A DNA stretch of 64,000 nucleotides from Macrostomum lignano (Eukaryota). The notes beneath the pieces were generated by a model. That model saw only the letters and a program-made list of their open reading frames with translations. It was not told the DNA's origin and did not search any database. A program made the translations under genes and the position numbers. The stretch spans positions 62,001 through 126,000 of the forward strand of contig NIVC01002599.1 of assembly GCA_002269645.1 (NCBI GenBank), read 5' to 3'. Shown one piece after another: positions 1 to 15,547 of this stretch (the stretch's first letter is position 1; each line of letters begins with the position of its first letter).

Positions 1-1124
1 TTATCCTAGTATTTTTTAGTAGGTAGTACATAGATATATAGTGGCATATCCAGCTATAGCCTTGGTACCAAGGCCCTATTGGAATAAGTGTAGAAACCTG
101 TAGATACGCAACATGGGGTCTAAAATTGAAGCTCAAAAATGCAACATGACACAGAACATGTTAACTTTTGCACTGAACATAGGCATAGTGCTAATTTGAT
201 AATGAGGCATTTAGCCTTAATAAGACAATCATAGTTACTCTTGCTGTTTACCTATTGCACTATGACATTACTTGGCTTGACTCTAGCCGCAACATGACAT
301 TGGAAAATTCTAAAATTGTAATTGTCCATTTATTCCAATAGGGTACCAGGGGTCTTGTATTGTGAACAATAGTATATCTTGTCATATATACTGTTATATG
401 CATACATATTGCAAATAGAAATGTAAATATTGACTTGTAGTTGATATATACTATACTATTTTGTACTTTATTTACCCTAGCCTAAGGGCAAATAGTTAAA
501 ATATTTATTACTATTTATATCCCAATTTATTCTATTCTATTGGAAGAGGATTTATTCTATCTCTATATAAAAAGACAATATAAAATTAGACTTATTTAGA
601 CACAGCTAAGAGATAAGGGAATATATTTTTCTTGGTTAGAATATATAGCAATATTTTTATATCGCTTATAAGAACCACTTTGCAGCTCATTTTGAATGGA
701 TTCTGGAATAAAAAATAAGCAATATATTAGTGTATAGTAATATAACAAGTCATAAAATAGAAAAAATCCTATGGTTCTCATCCTGTGGGCTGTGACCTGC
801 AGTGGGGTTGCGTGACCATTTTTGGAGGGTTGCAGCACCAAGAAACGTGTGAGTATGTCATACTTAGACTTGCTTTTTAAAGAACCAAAATATTAGTGTT
901 GTTTATTTTTCAATGCCTAATTACTCATAAATCTTGTAGTCTTAGGTCAATGAGTTAGTGATATATTTATTTTCAGTTTGTAAGTTTGTCATTTTTTTAA
1001 TAAATTACCTTCACAATGGATAAGATTGACAGAATTCACATAAGATAGATAAGATAAGATAAGATAAGGCATAAGATAGATTAGTGGTATTGGCATTGAT
1101 AAAGGCTGGCTTTTGTATTTTTAA

Positions 1125-1295
1125 AGACAGGCATTTGCATTGGTAATGGCTGGTATTTGCATTGGTAATGGCTGGTATTTGCATTGGTAATGGCTGGTAT
1201 TTGCATTGGTAATGGCTGGTATTTACATTGGTAATGGCTGGTATTTGTATTTGTAATGGCAAGCATTTGCATTGGTTATGGCTGGTATTTGCATT
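1125..1295. repeat. 22-bp tandem repeat (TGGTAATGGCTGGTATTTGCAT) upstream of ZnT7
   Basis: Directly visible period of 22. Confidence 0.85.
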
Positions 1296-1443
1296 TGTAA
1301 GACTGACATTGGAATCAGATTGGTGGCATTGGCATTAGCAATGGCTGCATTGACATTTATTGGCAATTGCTTCTAAAAAAACTGGGTGCCAGAATGATGG
1401 AGCCTTGCCGCATGACAGACCCGTATCGCTCAATTTCAGGTAA

Positions 1444-5349
<3,906 letters not shown>

Positions 5350-5799
5350 CACTGTTGACCTGCCCGACCGTTTGATAGACAAAGTAAAGCAGGACTATTC
5401 CATGTCTAATGCATTGCTGCCATTGACCGCCTGTCTTTAATTTCCTCTTCTGTTGTCAACTGGGGGCTTCCTTTGTTAGTCTTTGTTTTACTGTGGCGTG
5501 TAAAAGAGTCCCTGAAATTGCTTTGGTTTGTTTGAAATTCCAATCATTATCATTTATTTGAATTTGCGCCTATTTTGTTATCGAATTTTTGGTGACTGAT
5601 TATGTTTAATTATATAATTCGTTCGAATCGCGCTGCTTGGAAGTCCAGCATGTCCTAACTATACTACTCGCTGATGTTTCTGATTATGCGCCAGATGTTT
5701 TCATACCTGAAGCATATGCGTTAAGTACTATTGATAGCTCCAAATAATCTTATTTTCCAAATAGTCTTACAATTTCTGCGGAAAATGGCACTTGATGCT

Positions 5800-6450
5800 G
5801 GAAATGGCATTATTGATGCGGGAAATGGCACTATTGGTGCTATAAATAGCATTATTGATGCTGGAAATGACACTATTGATGCTGGAAATGACACTATTGA
5901 TGCTGGAAATGACACTATTGATGCTGCAGATGGCACTGATGCTGGAAATGACACTATTGATGCTGGAAATGACACTATTGATGCTGGAAATAGCACTATT
6001 GATGCTGGAAATGACACTATTGATGCTGGAAATGACACTATTGATGCTGGAAATGACACTATTGATGCTGGAAATGACACTATTGATGCTGGAAATGACA
6101 CTATTGATGCTGGAAATGACACTATTGATGCTGCAGATGGCACTGATGCTGGAAATGACACTATTGATGCTGGAAATGACACTATTGATGCTGGAAATGA
6201 CACTATTGATGCTGGAAATGGCACTATTGATGCTGCAGATGGCACTGATGCTGGAAATGACACTATTGATGCTGGAAATGACACTATTGATGCTGCAGAT
6301 GGCACTGATGCTGGAAATGACACTATTGATGCTGGAAATGACACTATTGATGCTGGAAATAACACTATTGATGCTGCAGATGGCACTATTGATGCTGGAA
6401 ATGACACTATTGATGCTGGTAGTAACACTATTGATGCGGGAAATGGCACT
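5800..6450. repeat. 21/18-bp minisatellite (GATGCTGGAAATGACACTATT) downstream of the ZnT7 stop
   Basis: Period 21 with a recurring 18-bp variant GATGCTGCAGATGGCACT. Confidence 0.93.
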
Positions 6451-7305
6451 GTTAATGTGGGAATGACGGGAAATGGCACACCAATAATCTTGCCTCCCTT
6501 ATTGCCTTCTGTTGGCTTATATATTTCACTGTCGCCCTGTCTCTGCTAGCGTTCATTTTAATATGTAGGAAGGATCCTCAGATTTAGTTAATTTGAAATC
6601 ATTTTAGTTGACTCTGCGTTCTTTTTTGCTCCTTGCATTTTAAAAATATCACCTTTTTCATTTAATTGAACTAGTTTTTTGCTCTTTGTTTGCTCTTTGC
6701 TCTTTGTCTTATTTAGGTGTGCGATGCTACTTAAATCAGTAGTGCGTATTGTCTCGGTAAATTTATTGTACCAAATAAAATATTAGAACTAGATAGATAG
6801 AAACTATTAATGCAAATAAAAGCTATAAGTTAAAAAAAGTCTAATTTGGTTAATAAGATTATTAAAATACATTTAAACTACCTGCAATACAAATATGCAT
6901 ATGTATTTGGTGTCTTTTCAAGCTCTCTAAACACATTGTATAGCTGCCCAGATGTGTTTTTATTTCTATCGATTTGTCAGTCTATCTGTGGTGATTTTTA
7001 ATTTAATTTTGATTTTACTCTTTCTGCTCTTTGTAATTGTCTTCTGCTTTTGTGTTTTCGGCTGTCGGATAACAATAAATGATTGATTTGTGTTGTACTT
7101 TATAAATTCTATCTGTAGCGATTAATAAAACTGCAAATTACCTTGGGACTTTGCTGGCTTCGACCGCGCGACTTCTGTGCAGTTCTTTGTTTGTTTTTGA
7201 AGCTCAACTTTCTGCTCAGAAGTAACCTTTATGCAGTTTCCTAATCCCTTATCTAAGCTTAATCATCTACTCTCCCCAGTTCTACCCGATTGTTTATCCC
7301 TCTGT

Positions 7306-7748
7306 CAGTGGCGTAGCCAGGTATTTCAATTGGGGGGGTGGGTTGGCCTGGCTAGCCATGCCTTATGCCATTGCCACTTTTGGCGCCGCAGGCACTCATT
7401 TTGGCGCCGCAGGCACTCATTTTGGCGCCGCAGGCACTCATTTTGGCGCCGCAGGCACTCATTTTGGCGCCGCAGGCACTCATTTTTGCGCCGCAGGCAC
7501 TCATTTTGGCGCCGCAGGCACTCATTTTTGCGCCGCAGGCACTCATTTTGGCGCCGCAGGCACTCATTTTGGCGCCGCAGGCACTCATTTTGGCGCCGCA
7601 GGCACTCATTTTGGCGCCGCAGGCACTCATTTTGGCGCCGCAGGCACGCAATTGCCTCATGGTTTTTTGTACCCGCCGCGCCCAACCCCACCCCCCAGGT
7701 GATTAGGGGAGGGGGCCGCGGCCCCCCGCCCCCCTGGCTACGCCACTG
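7306..7748. mobile_element. hAT-type MITE with internal 21-bp minisatellite
   Basis: Perfect TIRs CAGTGGCGTAGCCAGG / CCTGGCTACGCCACTG. 8-bp flanks ccctctgt and cccgctgt (1 mismatch) fit a hAT TSD. Contains 13 copies of TTTTGGCGCCGCAGGCACTCA. Confidence 0.85.
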
Positions 7749-7837
7749 CCCGCTGTCCCTCACTTCTCTCCCCAGTTCTACCCGATTGTTTATCCCTCTT
7801 TACTCCTTAATCACACTGAGTTCGCTACGGACTCCAG

Positions 7838-8251
7838 GTGCGCAAGAAGTACCGCTACCTAACCTGCGAGTTGGTGGCCGAGAATCGGCAGGCCGCAGCT
7901 CAGGCTGGCGAAGGCGAGCTGATTGCGGCTGTCCGAGAATCCGTGCTGACGCTGCACGGAGCCCTCGGCCTTGGCCGGGTTGTGAACCGACTCAAACTGG
8001 TGGACTGGAGCCGCGACACCGGCGTCCTGGTGCTCCGAGTGAGCCGCGACACGCATCGCTACCTGGCCTCCGCTCTGCCCTTCGTGAAGTCATTGCACGG
8101 CTCCCGGGTTGCCATAGCAACTCTGCACTGCAGCGGCACAGTCAGATGCGCGGCCAAATTTCTAACCCGATTCTATTCGGCCGATTCGACTGTTCGAAAG
8201 CAGAAAATATTGGCTAGCAGTTTAGCTAAGCTGGGCGCTAAGCCTATCTGA
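7838..8251 (+). CDS. POP5: RNase P/MRP subunit POP5; no genomic in-frame ATG
   Basis: VRKKYRYLTCEL...HGALG...TGVLVLRV...SALPFV...TLHCSGTVR...KFL matches the POP5 pattern (MVRFKHRYL...SALPFI...TLHVGGTIR). The first codon GTG follows ctccag (acceptor, 7832-7837). An in-frame TGA lies at 7817-7819. Confidence 0.85.
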   Translation: MRKKYRYLTCELVAENRQAAAQAGEGELIAAVRESVLTLHGALGLGRVVNRLKLVDWSRDTGVLVLRVSRDTHRYLASALPFVKSLHGSRVAIATLHCSGTVRCAAKFLTRFYSADSTVRKQKILASSLAKLGAKPI

Positions 8252-8437
8252 TTGCTGGATGCAATTATATGGATTTTTTTAGTGCATTTTTGTCGTTGTC
8301 TAATCCAATTTTCTAAATATATACACTACGGACCACGGGTCTAAAAATGTTTGCTACGAGGCTGTTTTTCAACCTGTCTATAAAACAAGGAATGGAGCAG
8401 ATCTTTTAGACTGTAGCATAGAGGACATACAAGTGTT

Positions 8438-8656
8438 TGTAGCCTGGTGGTTACAGTGGGGTCGGAGGTTCGATTCTCGACCCACTTGGGAACAATTTGT
8501 GTCCTTGCAGCAAGACACTGAACTCTGCATTGCTTCAGTTCCCCTAGCTGTAAAATGGGTGCCAGCATTAGCTGGGGTAATTGAGGGTGTGTGGCAACCC
8601 CCCAATCCTTGGACTGAACAGCCGTACGCAGCCTTCAGATATTATTTATTATTATA
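8438..8656 (+). mobile_element. tRNA-derived SINE with CORE-like central domain
   Basis: A-box-like tagcctggtggtta and B-box ggttcgattc (8467-8476). Then tgtgtccttgcagcaagacactgaac...cagttcccctagctgtaaaatggg, which resembles the CORE domain, and an AT-rich tail. Confidence 0.6.
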
Positions 8657-8777
8657 GAGCACACGCTTAGTATCTATAATAGCATCGGGATTTTTCTCGC
8701 AAAAGTGAGACTTCATAAAATTTTCCTAGATTCAGATAGTGTCCTATTGATTATTTGCTTCAGCGACAGCAGTCGCC

Positions 8778-10259
8778 ATGGCAACAAGAGCTACTCAACC
8801 GGATGATGCGGCGCGGATGACTCTAGCCGAATGCAACGAATTGCTATTGAGCATCGAGCAGCAGCAGCAGCAGCAGTCGGACTCCAGCGACTCAGCCCTG
8901 CGGCTGCTCCGGGCTGCCAGATCGATGGCCGCTCTGTGCGGCGAGTTCCGAAGTCAGCTGGTTGTTGATGACACCTTGGCTGAGCGCTTCCTAGCCGCGG
9001 TTGTACAAAGCGCAGAACGCTGTCCTGCTCAGCAGCCAGACGCCTCCGTGACCGCGTCTGTAGCCATTCAGACGGTGTACAACGCCTGCGCCTTTGACTC
9101 CTTGGATAGTGTTGAAAGATCGTCGGGGAGTCGGCTAGCTGGTCACGTGACTGACTGGCTGAGCAGCCTGTGCCGGCTTGTGCTGTCTCTGCAGCAGCGA
9201 GATCGCGACCGTCCAGCCGCCTGTCTCAGCCTGCTGCTGGTGCTGCTGAGCTCCAGCCGGTCCGGCTCCCAATGCCTGGCTGCCAATCCGGCTGCGGAGG
9301 AACAGGCTGCGGTCTTTGTTCGTCAGGAGCTGCTGACAGTCTGCGGAGTGGAAGAGGATAGCGGCAGCTGCGCAGGAGACCGGCTGTTGGCTCTGCGCGA
9401 GCTTCTTGGCACTGACTGCGGCTCCCGCCTGCTGATGCCGGAGCTGCGCCTGTCCGAAATGCAGCCGGCGCCAGCTGCTCAAGACTGCTTGGCCCAGCTG
9501 CTCCACTTGGCTGTACAGTCCCAGCCGGAGCCGCCTCCGCTGTCCAGAGCCGCCTGGCGCCGCCTGCTTGAGCACCTAAGAAGCTACGCCAGCCAGCTGC
9601 TGTGCACAGTTCGAGCCGATCCGGTTAGCCTGGAGTCCGGCTCCGCTCTGTTCTTCTGCGCCTGCGATCTGCTGGGCCGACCGTTGGCCAATTGGCAAGC
9701 TGGTCAGACTCATGATGATGATGATGATGATGATGTAGCGTCCAGCCTCCGCCGGGATCTGGGCCTGGCCCGCCTGGCTTGCCAGCTGTTGCGCTGCGCC
9801 GACTTGGCCGGCCGCGCCAACCCTGCTGGTCCGTTCGCAGTCGACCGGCGCCGCCTTTTATCGTCGTCGTCGCAGTCGGACGCCGATCCGGTCTACGAAG
9901 CGGCGCTGTCGCATCCGGGAGCGGCATTGAAAACCGCTCTGGTCCGCTTCCTGGCCAATGCCGCCTACTCCAATCCGCCATTTCAGTTGGCAATAGTGAA
10001 AGAAGGCGGCCTACCGGAGCTGTTGAACTGCTTAGCTTTAGACGATAAGAATCCCTGTTTGAGGCAGTGGGCCGCTTTGGCTATCAGAAATCTGTGCCAG
10101 GATTGCCCCGAGGCGCGGGACCTGCTGCGCCGGCTGAGACCGCTGGGTGATGGCGCCGACAACCTCAGCTCGGACAGTCGGGGACTGCTGGACGAATGCT
10201 GCGGCACTCGACAGATTACTGTGCGAAATGGCCGAGTTGTGCCTGTGGATGAGGATTGA
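8778..10259 (+). CDS. ATXN10: Ataxin-10-like ARM-repeat protein, intronless, 493 aa
   Basis: The C-terminal segment KTALVRFLANAAYSN...GGLPELLNCLALDDKNPCLRQWAALAIRNLCQD matches the ataxin-10 conserved domain. Long ORF with ATG and GC-rich coding composition. Confidence 0.8.
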   Translation: MATRATQPDDAARMTLAECNELLLSIEQQQQQQSDSSDSALRLLRAARSMAALCGEFRSQLVVDDTLAERFLAAVVQSAERCPAQQPDASVTASVAIQTVYNACAFDSLDSVERSSGSRLAGHVTDWLSSLCRLVLSLQQRDRDRPAACLSLLLVLLSSSRSGSQCLAANPAAEEQAAVFVRQELLTVCGVEEDSGSCAGDRLLALRELLGTDCGSRLLMPELRLSEMQPAPAAQDCLAQLLHLAVQSQPEPPPLSRAAWRRLLEHLRSYASQLLCTVRADPVSLESGSALFFCACDLLGRPLANWQAGQTHDDDDDDDVASSLRRDLGLARLACQLLRCADLAGRANPAGPFAVDRRRLLSSSSQSDADPVYEAALSHPGAALKTALVRFLANAAYSNPPFQLAIVKEGGLPELLNCLALDDKNPCLRQWAALAIRNLCQDCPEARDLLRRLRPLGDGADNLSSDSRGLLDECCGTRQITVRNGRVVPVDED

Positions 10260-10289
10260 GGCTGCTACGAGTCTGTTTCATGCTGAGCT

Positions 10290-10590
10290 GAGGCTGGGGA
10301 CTGGAGATGAAGCTAGGGATTGAAGATGGAGCTGGGGACTGAGGATGAAGCTGGGGACTGAGGATGAAGCTGGGGACTGAGGATGAAGCTAGGGACTAAA
10401 GATGAAGCTAGGGAGTGAAGATGGATCTAGGGACTCAAGATAAAGCTGGGGACTGAGGATGAAGCTAGGGACTGGAGATGGAGATGGGGACTGGAGATGG
10501 GGACTGGAGATGGAGATGGGGACTGGAGATGGAGATGGGGACTGGAGATGGAGCTGGGGACTGAAGATGGACATGGAGATGGGGACTGGA
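10290..10590. repeat. 19/13-bp purine-rich repeat (GCTGGGGACTGAGGATGAA) just after the ATXN10 stop
   Basis: Visible period of 19, shifting to GGGGACTGGAGATGGAGAT units. Confidence 0.85.
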
Positions 10591-10937
10591 GCTGCAGACG
10601 TCCTCAAACGCTTCTGATTAGCTTCTTGTAGCCAATACTGAGTCTTATCTGAGAATTGTATTTAAAATTGAGCTTAGTTTAAGTGCTATTGTTGTTAATA
10701 TGTTTTGTTTCATAAATACAGGTAAATATAAGAACTTTTTTGCAGTTGTTTTGCATTTTTCGTTTAATTTTTTTTACCTCATGCGTCGGTACTGGTAGCT
10801 AGTTATGAGTATTTAGATTAACCTGAGCACCAATTCAGCTAGCAGATTAGCAGCCTTTGATTTTTGTCTAAATTAAATTACAAGTTGGACAATGCTGAGC
10901 CCGATACTCAATTAGCGGCAATATACACTTCAGCGTC

Positions 10938-13900
10938 ATGAGCTACAAGGAGCGCGAGCACTTGAACCGGCTGATTATCAGCCAGCTGTACTACGATGGC
11001 CACCAGTCCATAGCCGTGAAGCTCAACAGCCTGGTGAATGATAAATCCGTGCCCTGCGGCCCGTCCAGCCGCCTGCTGAACCTGGTCCGCACCGGCCTGT
11101 CCCTGGAGGAGGAGGAGAAAGAGAAAGCCATGCACGATGCCAATGCTGTTGAACCGGGCACCGGTATTGATTTGGAAATCGAGTCCGAGACCGTAGCCAA
11201 GTCGCCTGAGGCTGCTCTGTACGAAACCTGTTACGTCACTTCGCATAAAGCGCCGTGCCGTTCGGCCGCCTTCAGCCCGAGCGGCCAGCTGGTCTGCACG
11301 GGATCCACCGATGCCAGCATTAAAATCTTGGACATTGAACGGATGCTGCTGAAAGGCATGGGCGGAGACGACGGCTCCAGCGAGTCGCACCCGGTGATTC
11401 GCACTCTGTACGATCACACGGAGGAGGTCACCTGTCTGGAGTTCCACCCGGATCCGCGGCTCACCCTGCTGGCCTCCGCGTCCAAGGACTACTATGTGAA
11501 ACTGTTCGACTATTCCAATCCGTCTGTGAAGAAAGCGCAGAGAAGTCTGAGAGAGGCTTCACCGGTTAGTTTGCCCGCCTGTTGCTGGGGGGTTGTTGCT
11601 TTTTGCAAGCAAGCTGCAAGCTTCTTATTGTCAAATAGCCTCCAACTGTTTGTTTGCAATAAGTTCGAACTTGTAAAGTTTCGAGCTTGCTAGGTTTTGA
11701 GCTTGTGATAATTTGAGCTTGTGATAATCCAAGCTTGTGATAATCCGAGCTTGTGATAATCCGAGCATGGGATAATCCGAGCTTGTGATAATCCGAGCTT
11801 GTGATAATCCGAGCTTGTGATAATCCAACCTGCGATAATCCGAGCTTGTAAAATAGTATCAAGGTCAAGCTTTAATTAGCAGTTTTAAGGTCCCCTTAAT
11901 CAATGACAAAGTTTTGTTAATATGAAACAAAAGATCCGTTAGAAATCCTGAGAAAGGCGTGAAAACAACTTTTCGAACTCGACTTCTGAGATGCTTCTGA
12001 AAGCGCTTCATCCCGTGCGGCTTCCATTGGCAGGTTCGAACCTTCTGCTTTCACCCAAGCGGCAACTACATGATTGTCGGCTGCGACCAGCCAACCCTGC
12101 GCGTTTACGACGTGTCCACTGGCCAGTGCTTTGTGAGCTGCAATCCCAACGATCAGCACACTCGGGCGCTCACCATGCTGCGCTGGGCCGGCTCCGGCCA
12201 GTACTACTGCTCAGCGTCCAAGGACGGCTGTCTGAAACTCTGGGACGGCGTCTCCGGCCGTTGCGTGGCCAATTTTGAACGGGCCCACGATGGATACGAA
12301 GTCTGCTCCGCTGTGTTCTCCAGGAATGGTGGGAGATGGCTCACTTTTGTGTGTTAAACTCCCAGCTTCCCAGATCCTCAGTTGCTGGGCCAGCCTCCCA
12401 GATCCTCAGTTGCTGGGCCAGCCTCCCAGATCCTCAGTTGCTGTGCTAGCCTCCCAGATCCTCAGTTGCTGTGCTAGCCTCCCAGATCCTCAGTTGCTGG
12501 GCCAGCCTCCCAGATCCTCAGTTGCTGTGCTAGCCTCCCAGATCCTCAGTTGCTGGGCCAGCCTCCCAGATCCTCAGTTGCTGTGCTAGCCTCCCAGATC
12601 CCTAGTTGCTGGGCCAGCCTCCAAGATCCTCAGTTGCTGGGCCAGCCTCCCAGAGTGTCAGTTGCTGGGCCAGCCTCCCAGATCCTCAATTGCTGGGCCA
12701 GCCTCCCAGATCCTCAGTTGCTGTGCTAGCCTCCCAGATCCTCAGTTGCTGTGCTAGCCTCCCAGATCCTCAGTTGCTGGGCCAGCCTCCCAGATCCTCA
12801 GTTGCTGGGCCAGCCTCCCAGATCCTCAGTTGCTGTGCTAGCCTCCCAGATCCTCAGTTGCTGTGCTAGCCTCCCAGATCCTCAGTTGCTGGGCCAGCCT
12901 CCCAGATCCTCAGTTGCTGGGCCAGCCTCCCAGATCCTCAGTTGCTGTGCTAGCCTCCCAGATCCTCAGTTGCTGGGCCAGCCTCCCAGATCCTCAGTTG
13001 CTGTGCTAGCCTCCCAGATCCCTAGTTGCTGGGCCAGCCTCCAAGATCCTCAGTTGCTGGGCCAGCCTCCCAGAGTGTCAGTTGCTGGGCCAGCCTCCCA
13101 GATCCTCAGTTGCTGAGCCAGCCTCCCAGATCCTCAGTTGCTGGGCCAGCCTCCCAGATCCTCAGTTGCTGGGCCAGCCTCCCAGATCCTCAGTTGCTGG
13201 GCCAGCCTCCCAGAGTGTCAGTTGCTGGGCCAGCCTCCCAGATCCTCAATTGCTGAGCCATCCTCCCAGAGTGTCAGTTGCTGGGCCAGCCTCCCAGATC
13301 CTCAGTTGCTGGGCCAGCCTCCCAGATCCTCAGTTGCTGGGCCAGCCTCCAAGATCCTCAGTTGCTCGGCCAGCCTCCCAGAGTGTCAGTTGCTGGGCCA
13401 GCCTCCCAGATCCTCAGTTGCTGGGCCAGCCTCCAAGATCCTCAGTTGCTCGGCCAGCCTCCCAGAGTGTCAGTTGCTGGGCCAGCCTCCCAGATCCTCA
13501 ATTGCTGAGCCAGCCTTCCAGATCCTCAGTTGCTGAGCCAGCCTTCCAGATCCCTAGTTGCTGGGCCAGCCTTCCAGATCCCTAGTTGCTGGGCCAGCCT
13601 CCCAGATCCTCAATTGCTGAGCCAGCCTCCCAGATCCTCAGTTGCTGGGCCAGCCTCTCAGATCCTCAGTTGCTGGGCCAGCCTCCCAGATCCTCAGTTG
13701 CTGGGCCAGCCTCCCAGATCCTCAGTTGCTGGGCCAGCCTCCCAGATCCTCATTTGCTGGGCCAGCCTCCCAGATCCTCAGTTGCTGAGCCAGCCTCCCA
13801 GATCCTCAGTTGCTGGGCCAGCCTCTCAGATCCTCAGTTGCTGAGCCAGCCTCCCAGATCCTCAGTTGCTGGGCCAGCCTCCCAGATCCTCAGTTGCTGG

Positions 13901-14383
13901 GCCAGCCTCCCAGATCCTCAATTGCTGAGCCAGCCTCCCAAATCCTCAGTTGCTGAGCCAGCCTCCCAGATCCTCAGTTGCTGGGCTACGACGAGCCAAA
14001 GCAGAGTATTAAAACTCAGTTCATCCTGCTCCCACGCAGGCAAGTACATCCTCAGCTCCGGCAAGGACTCACAGGTGAAGCTGTGGGAGCTGAGCACTGG
14101 CCGGCCCCTCATCACCTACACGGGAGCCGGGGCCAGTGGCCGGCAGAGCCATCGAACCAACGCTGTGTTCAACCACACCGAGGACTTCGTGATGTTCCCG
14201 GACGAGGCCACCAAGTCGCTCTGCTGCTGGGATTCTCGGAGCGCCGATCGCCAGAGACTGCTGGCCCTGTCGCACAACGGAGTGGTCCGGTTTATGACTC
14301 ACTCCACCACCATGCCCGCCTTTATCAGCTGCTCGGACGATCATAGGGCTCGATTCTGGTACAAGAAGGCCCTGACCGAGTGA
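10938..14383 (+). CDS. CSTF1: Cleavage stimulation factor 50 kDa subunit (WD40); exons 10938-11564, 12034-12328, 14040-14383
   Basis: Motifs [85 protein letters not shown] and [11 protein letters not shown] match CstF-50. Introns are GT-AG and in phase. AATAAA near 14511. Confidence 0.95.
11695..11850. repeat. 16-bp repeat (GAGCTTGTGATAATCC), CSTF1 intron 1
   Basis: Period 16. Confidence 0.9.
12360..13985. repeat. 28-bp minisatellite (CAGATCCTCAGTTGCTGGGCCAGCCTCC), CSTF1 intron 2
   Basis: Period 28, about 58 copies; fills almost the whole 1711-nt intron. Confidence 0.95.
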
Positions 14384-15035
14384 TTGATGATCTCGTTTGA
14401 ATTCAACCGGTTCTAAACGTTTTCTTGTACATCGTTTGTCAATTATATATTTACAAAACTGTTCTGTTTGTGCTCGCATAATTAAAACTGACAGTCTCTT
14501 TGCACTACTGAATAAAGAAGGCAGTTAGTAGTACAATTAGTTATATATAAACGACTAAAGTTACGGAAGTAATTTTTTTTCGTACTACTAAAACGGTTTG
14601 CAACAGTAGTATAATTAATTGGTTAACCATTTTCGTCTAATTTTCTTTAAAGTACTCTGCACATAGCGACTACAAATAAACAAAACAAGTAATAGTTCTT
14701 TGTCTGTGCTGTCGCATTTGTCTGTTGCCACGAATTTAAATGCGCGAAAGCTGTTGTTGAATTGCTTTTGTTGTTGTTTGTTTATTATTGCTTGCAGAAG
14801 AAAAGTTAAAATATCAGTGGCAGTTGGCACCGGTCGCCGATCTCGCGGTTACCTCAAGGCTTTTGAACTGTCAATTAAAATACTTGTTTTCGCTGTATCT
14901 AAATGTGAACAAAAAAGACAAATTTAAGAGTGCAAATACATCCATCAAGCAATTGAAATGAAATATGAATAAGCGATTTAAAAGTAAGGGATGAGTAACA
15001 GGAATCAATAGGTTTGCTGTTTGCACATTCCGAAG

Positions 15036-15547
15036 TCAGTTGATTGATTCACTGCACGTGAACTTCCGAGCTGGCAGGCGGCCGACCAGATAGTTGGCCA
15101 GCTGCTGCCTGGCGGCTCCGCTGTGCCCGGTGTCCTTGAAGGCCTCCGTGCAGTCCGCGCCGGCGTTCTCTAGCAGCACTTCCGCTCCACCCGGGTGCTG
15201 TTGAGTTTTTTAATTCAAAGAAAATAATTTTAATCTTTGTGCTACTTAGGCTACTTTAAGTAGATTAAATGCGTAATGAGAAAATTTCCTAATTCAAAAG
15301 TCAAAGGAGATCTACAAACCTGCTTGAGAAATTCGGTCACGTCGTACACCAGATTGTCGATCACTATCCAGCAGCTTTCGCTGTTGGCATGCCAACTGAC
15401 CTGCTCGCGGCTGTAGACTGGCAGATCGTCGTCTATCGCCGCAGTCGCCGCAGTCTCCGCCGCCGATGCCACCGCCTCGGTCGCGGAAGCGACACTGTTG
15501 GCCTTCTCCACAACTAGAATCGTAGAAACGCAATAGCAAGTCTCCAT
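15036..15547 (-). CDS. Cytochrome b5 heme-binding domain protein without C-terminal anchor; exons 15547-15320, 15197-15036
   Basis: Spliced translation VYSREQVSWHANSESCWIVIDNLVYDVTEFLKQ-HPGGAEVLLENAGADCTEAFKDTGHS has the HPGG and GHS heme-ligand motifs. 122-nt GT-AG intron. Confidence 0.9.

Noticed and set aside
12275-13985. Many overlapping ORFs with LLGQPPRSS repeats
   Set aside because: They come from the 28-bp array in CSTF1 intron 2. Only 14040-14383 of ORF 13586..14383 is a real exon.
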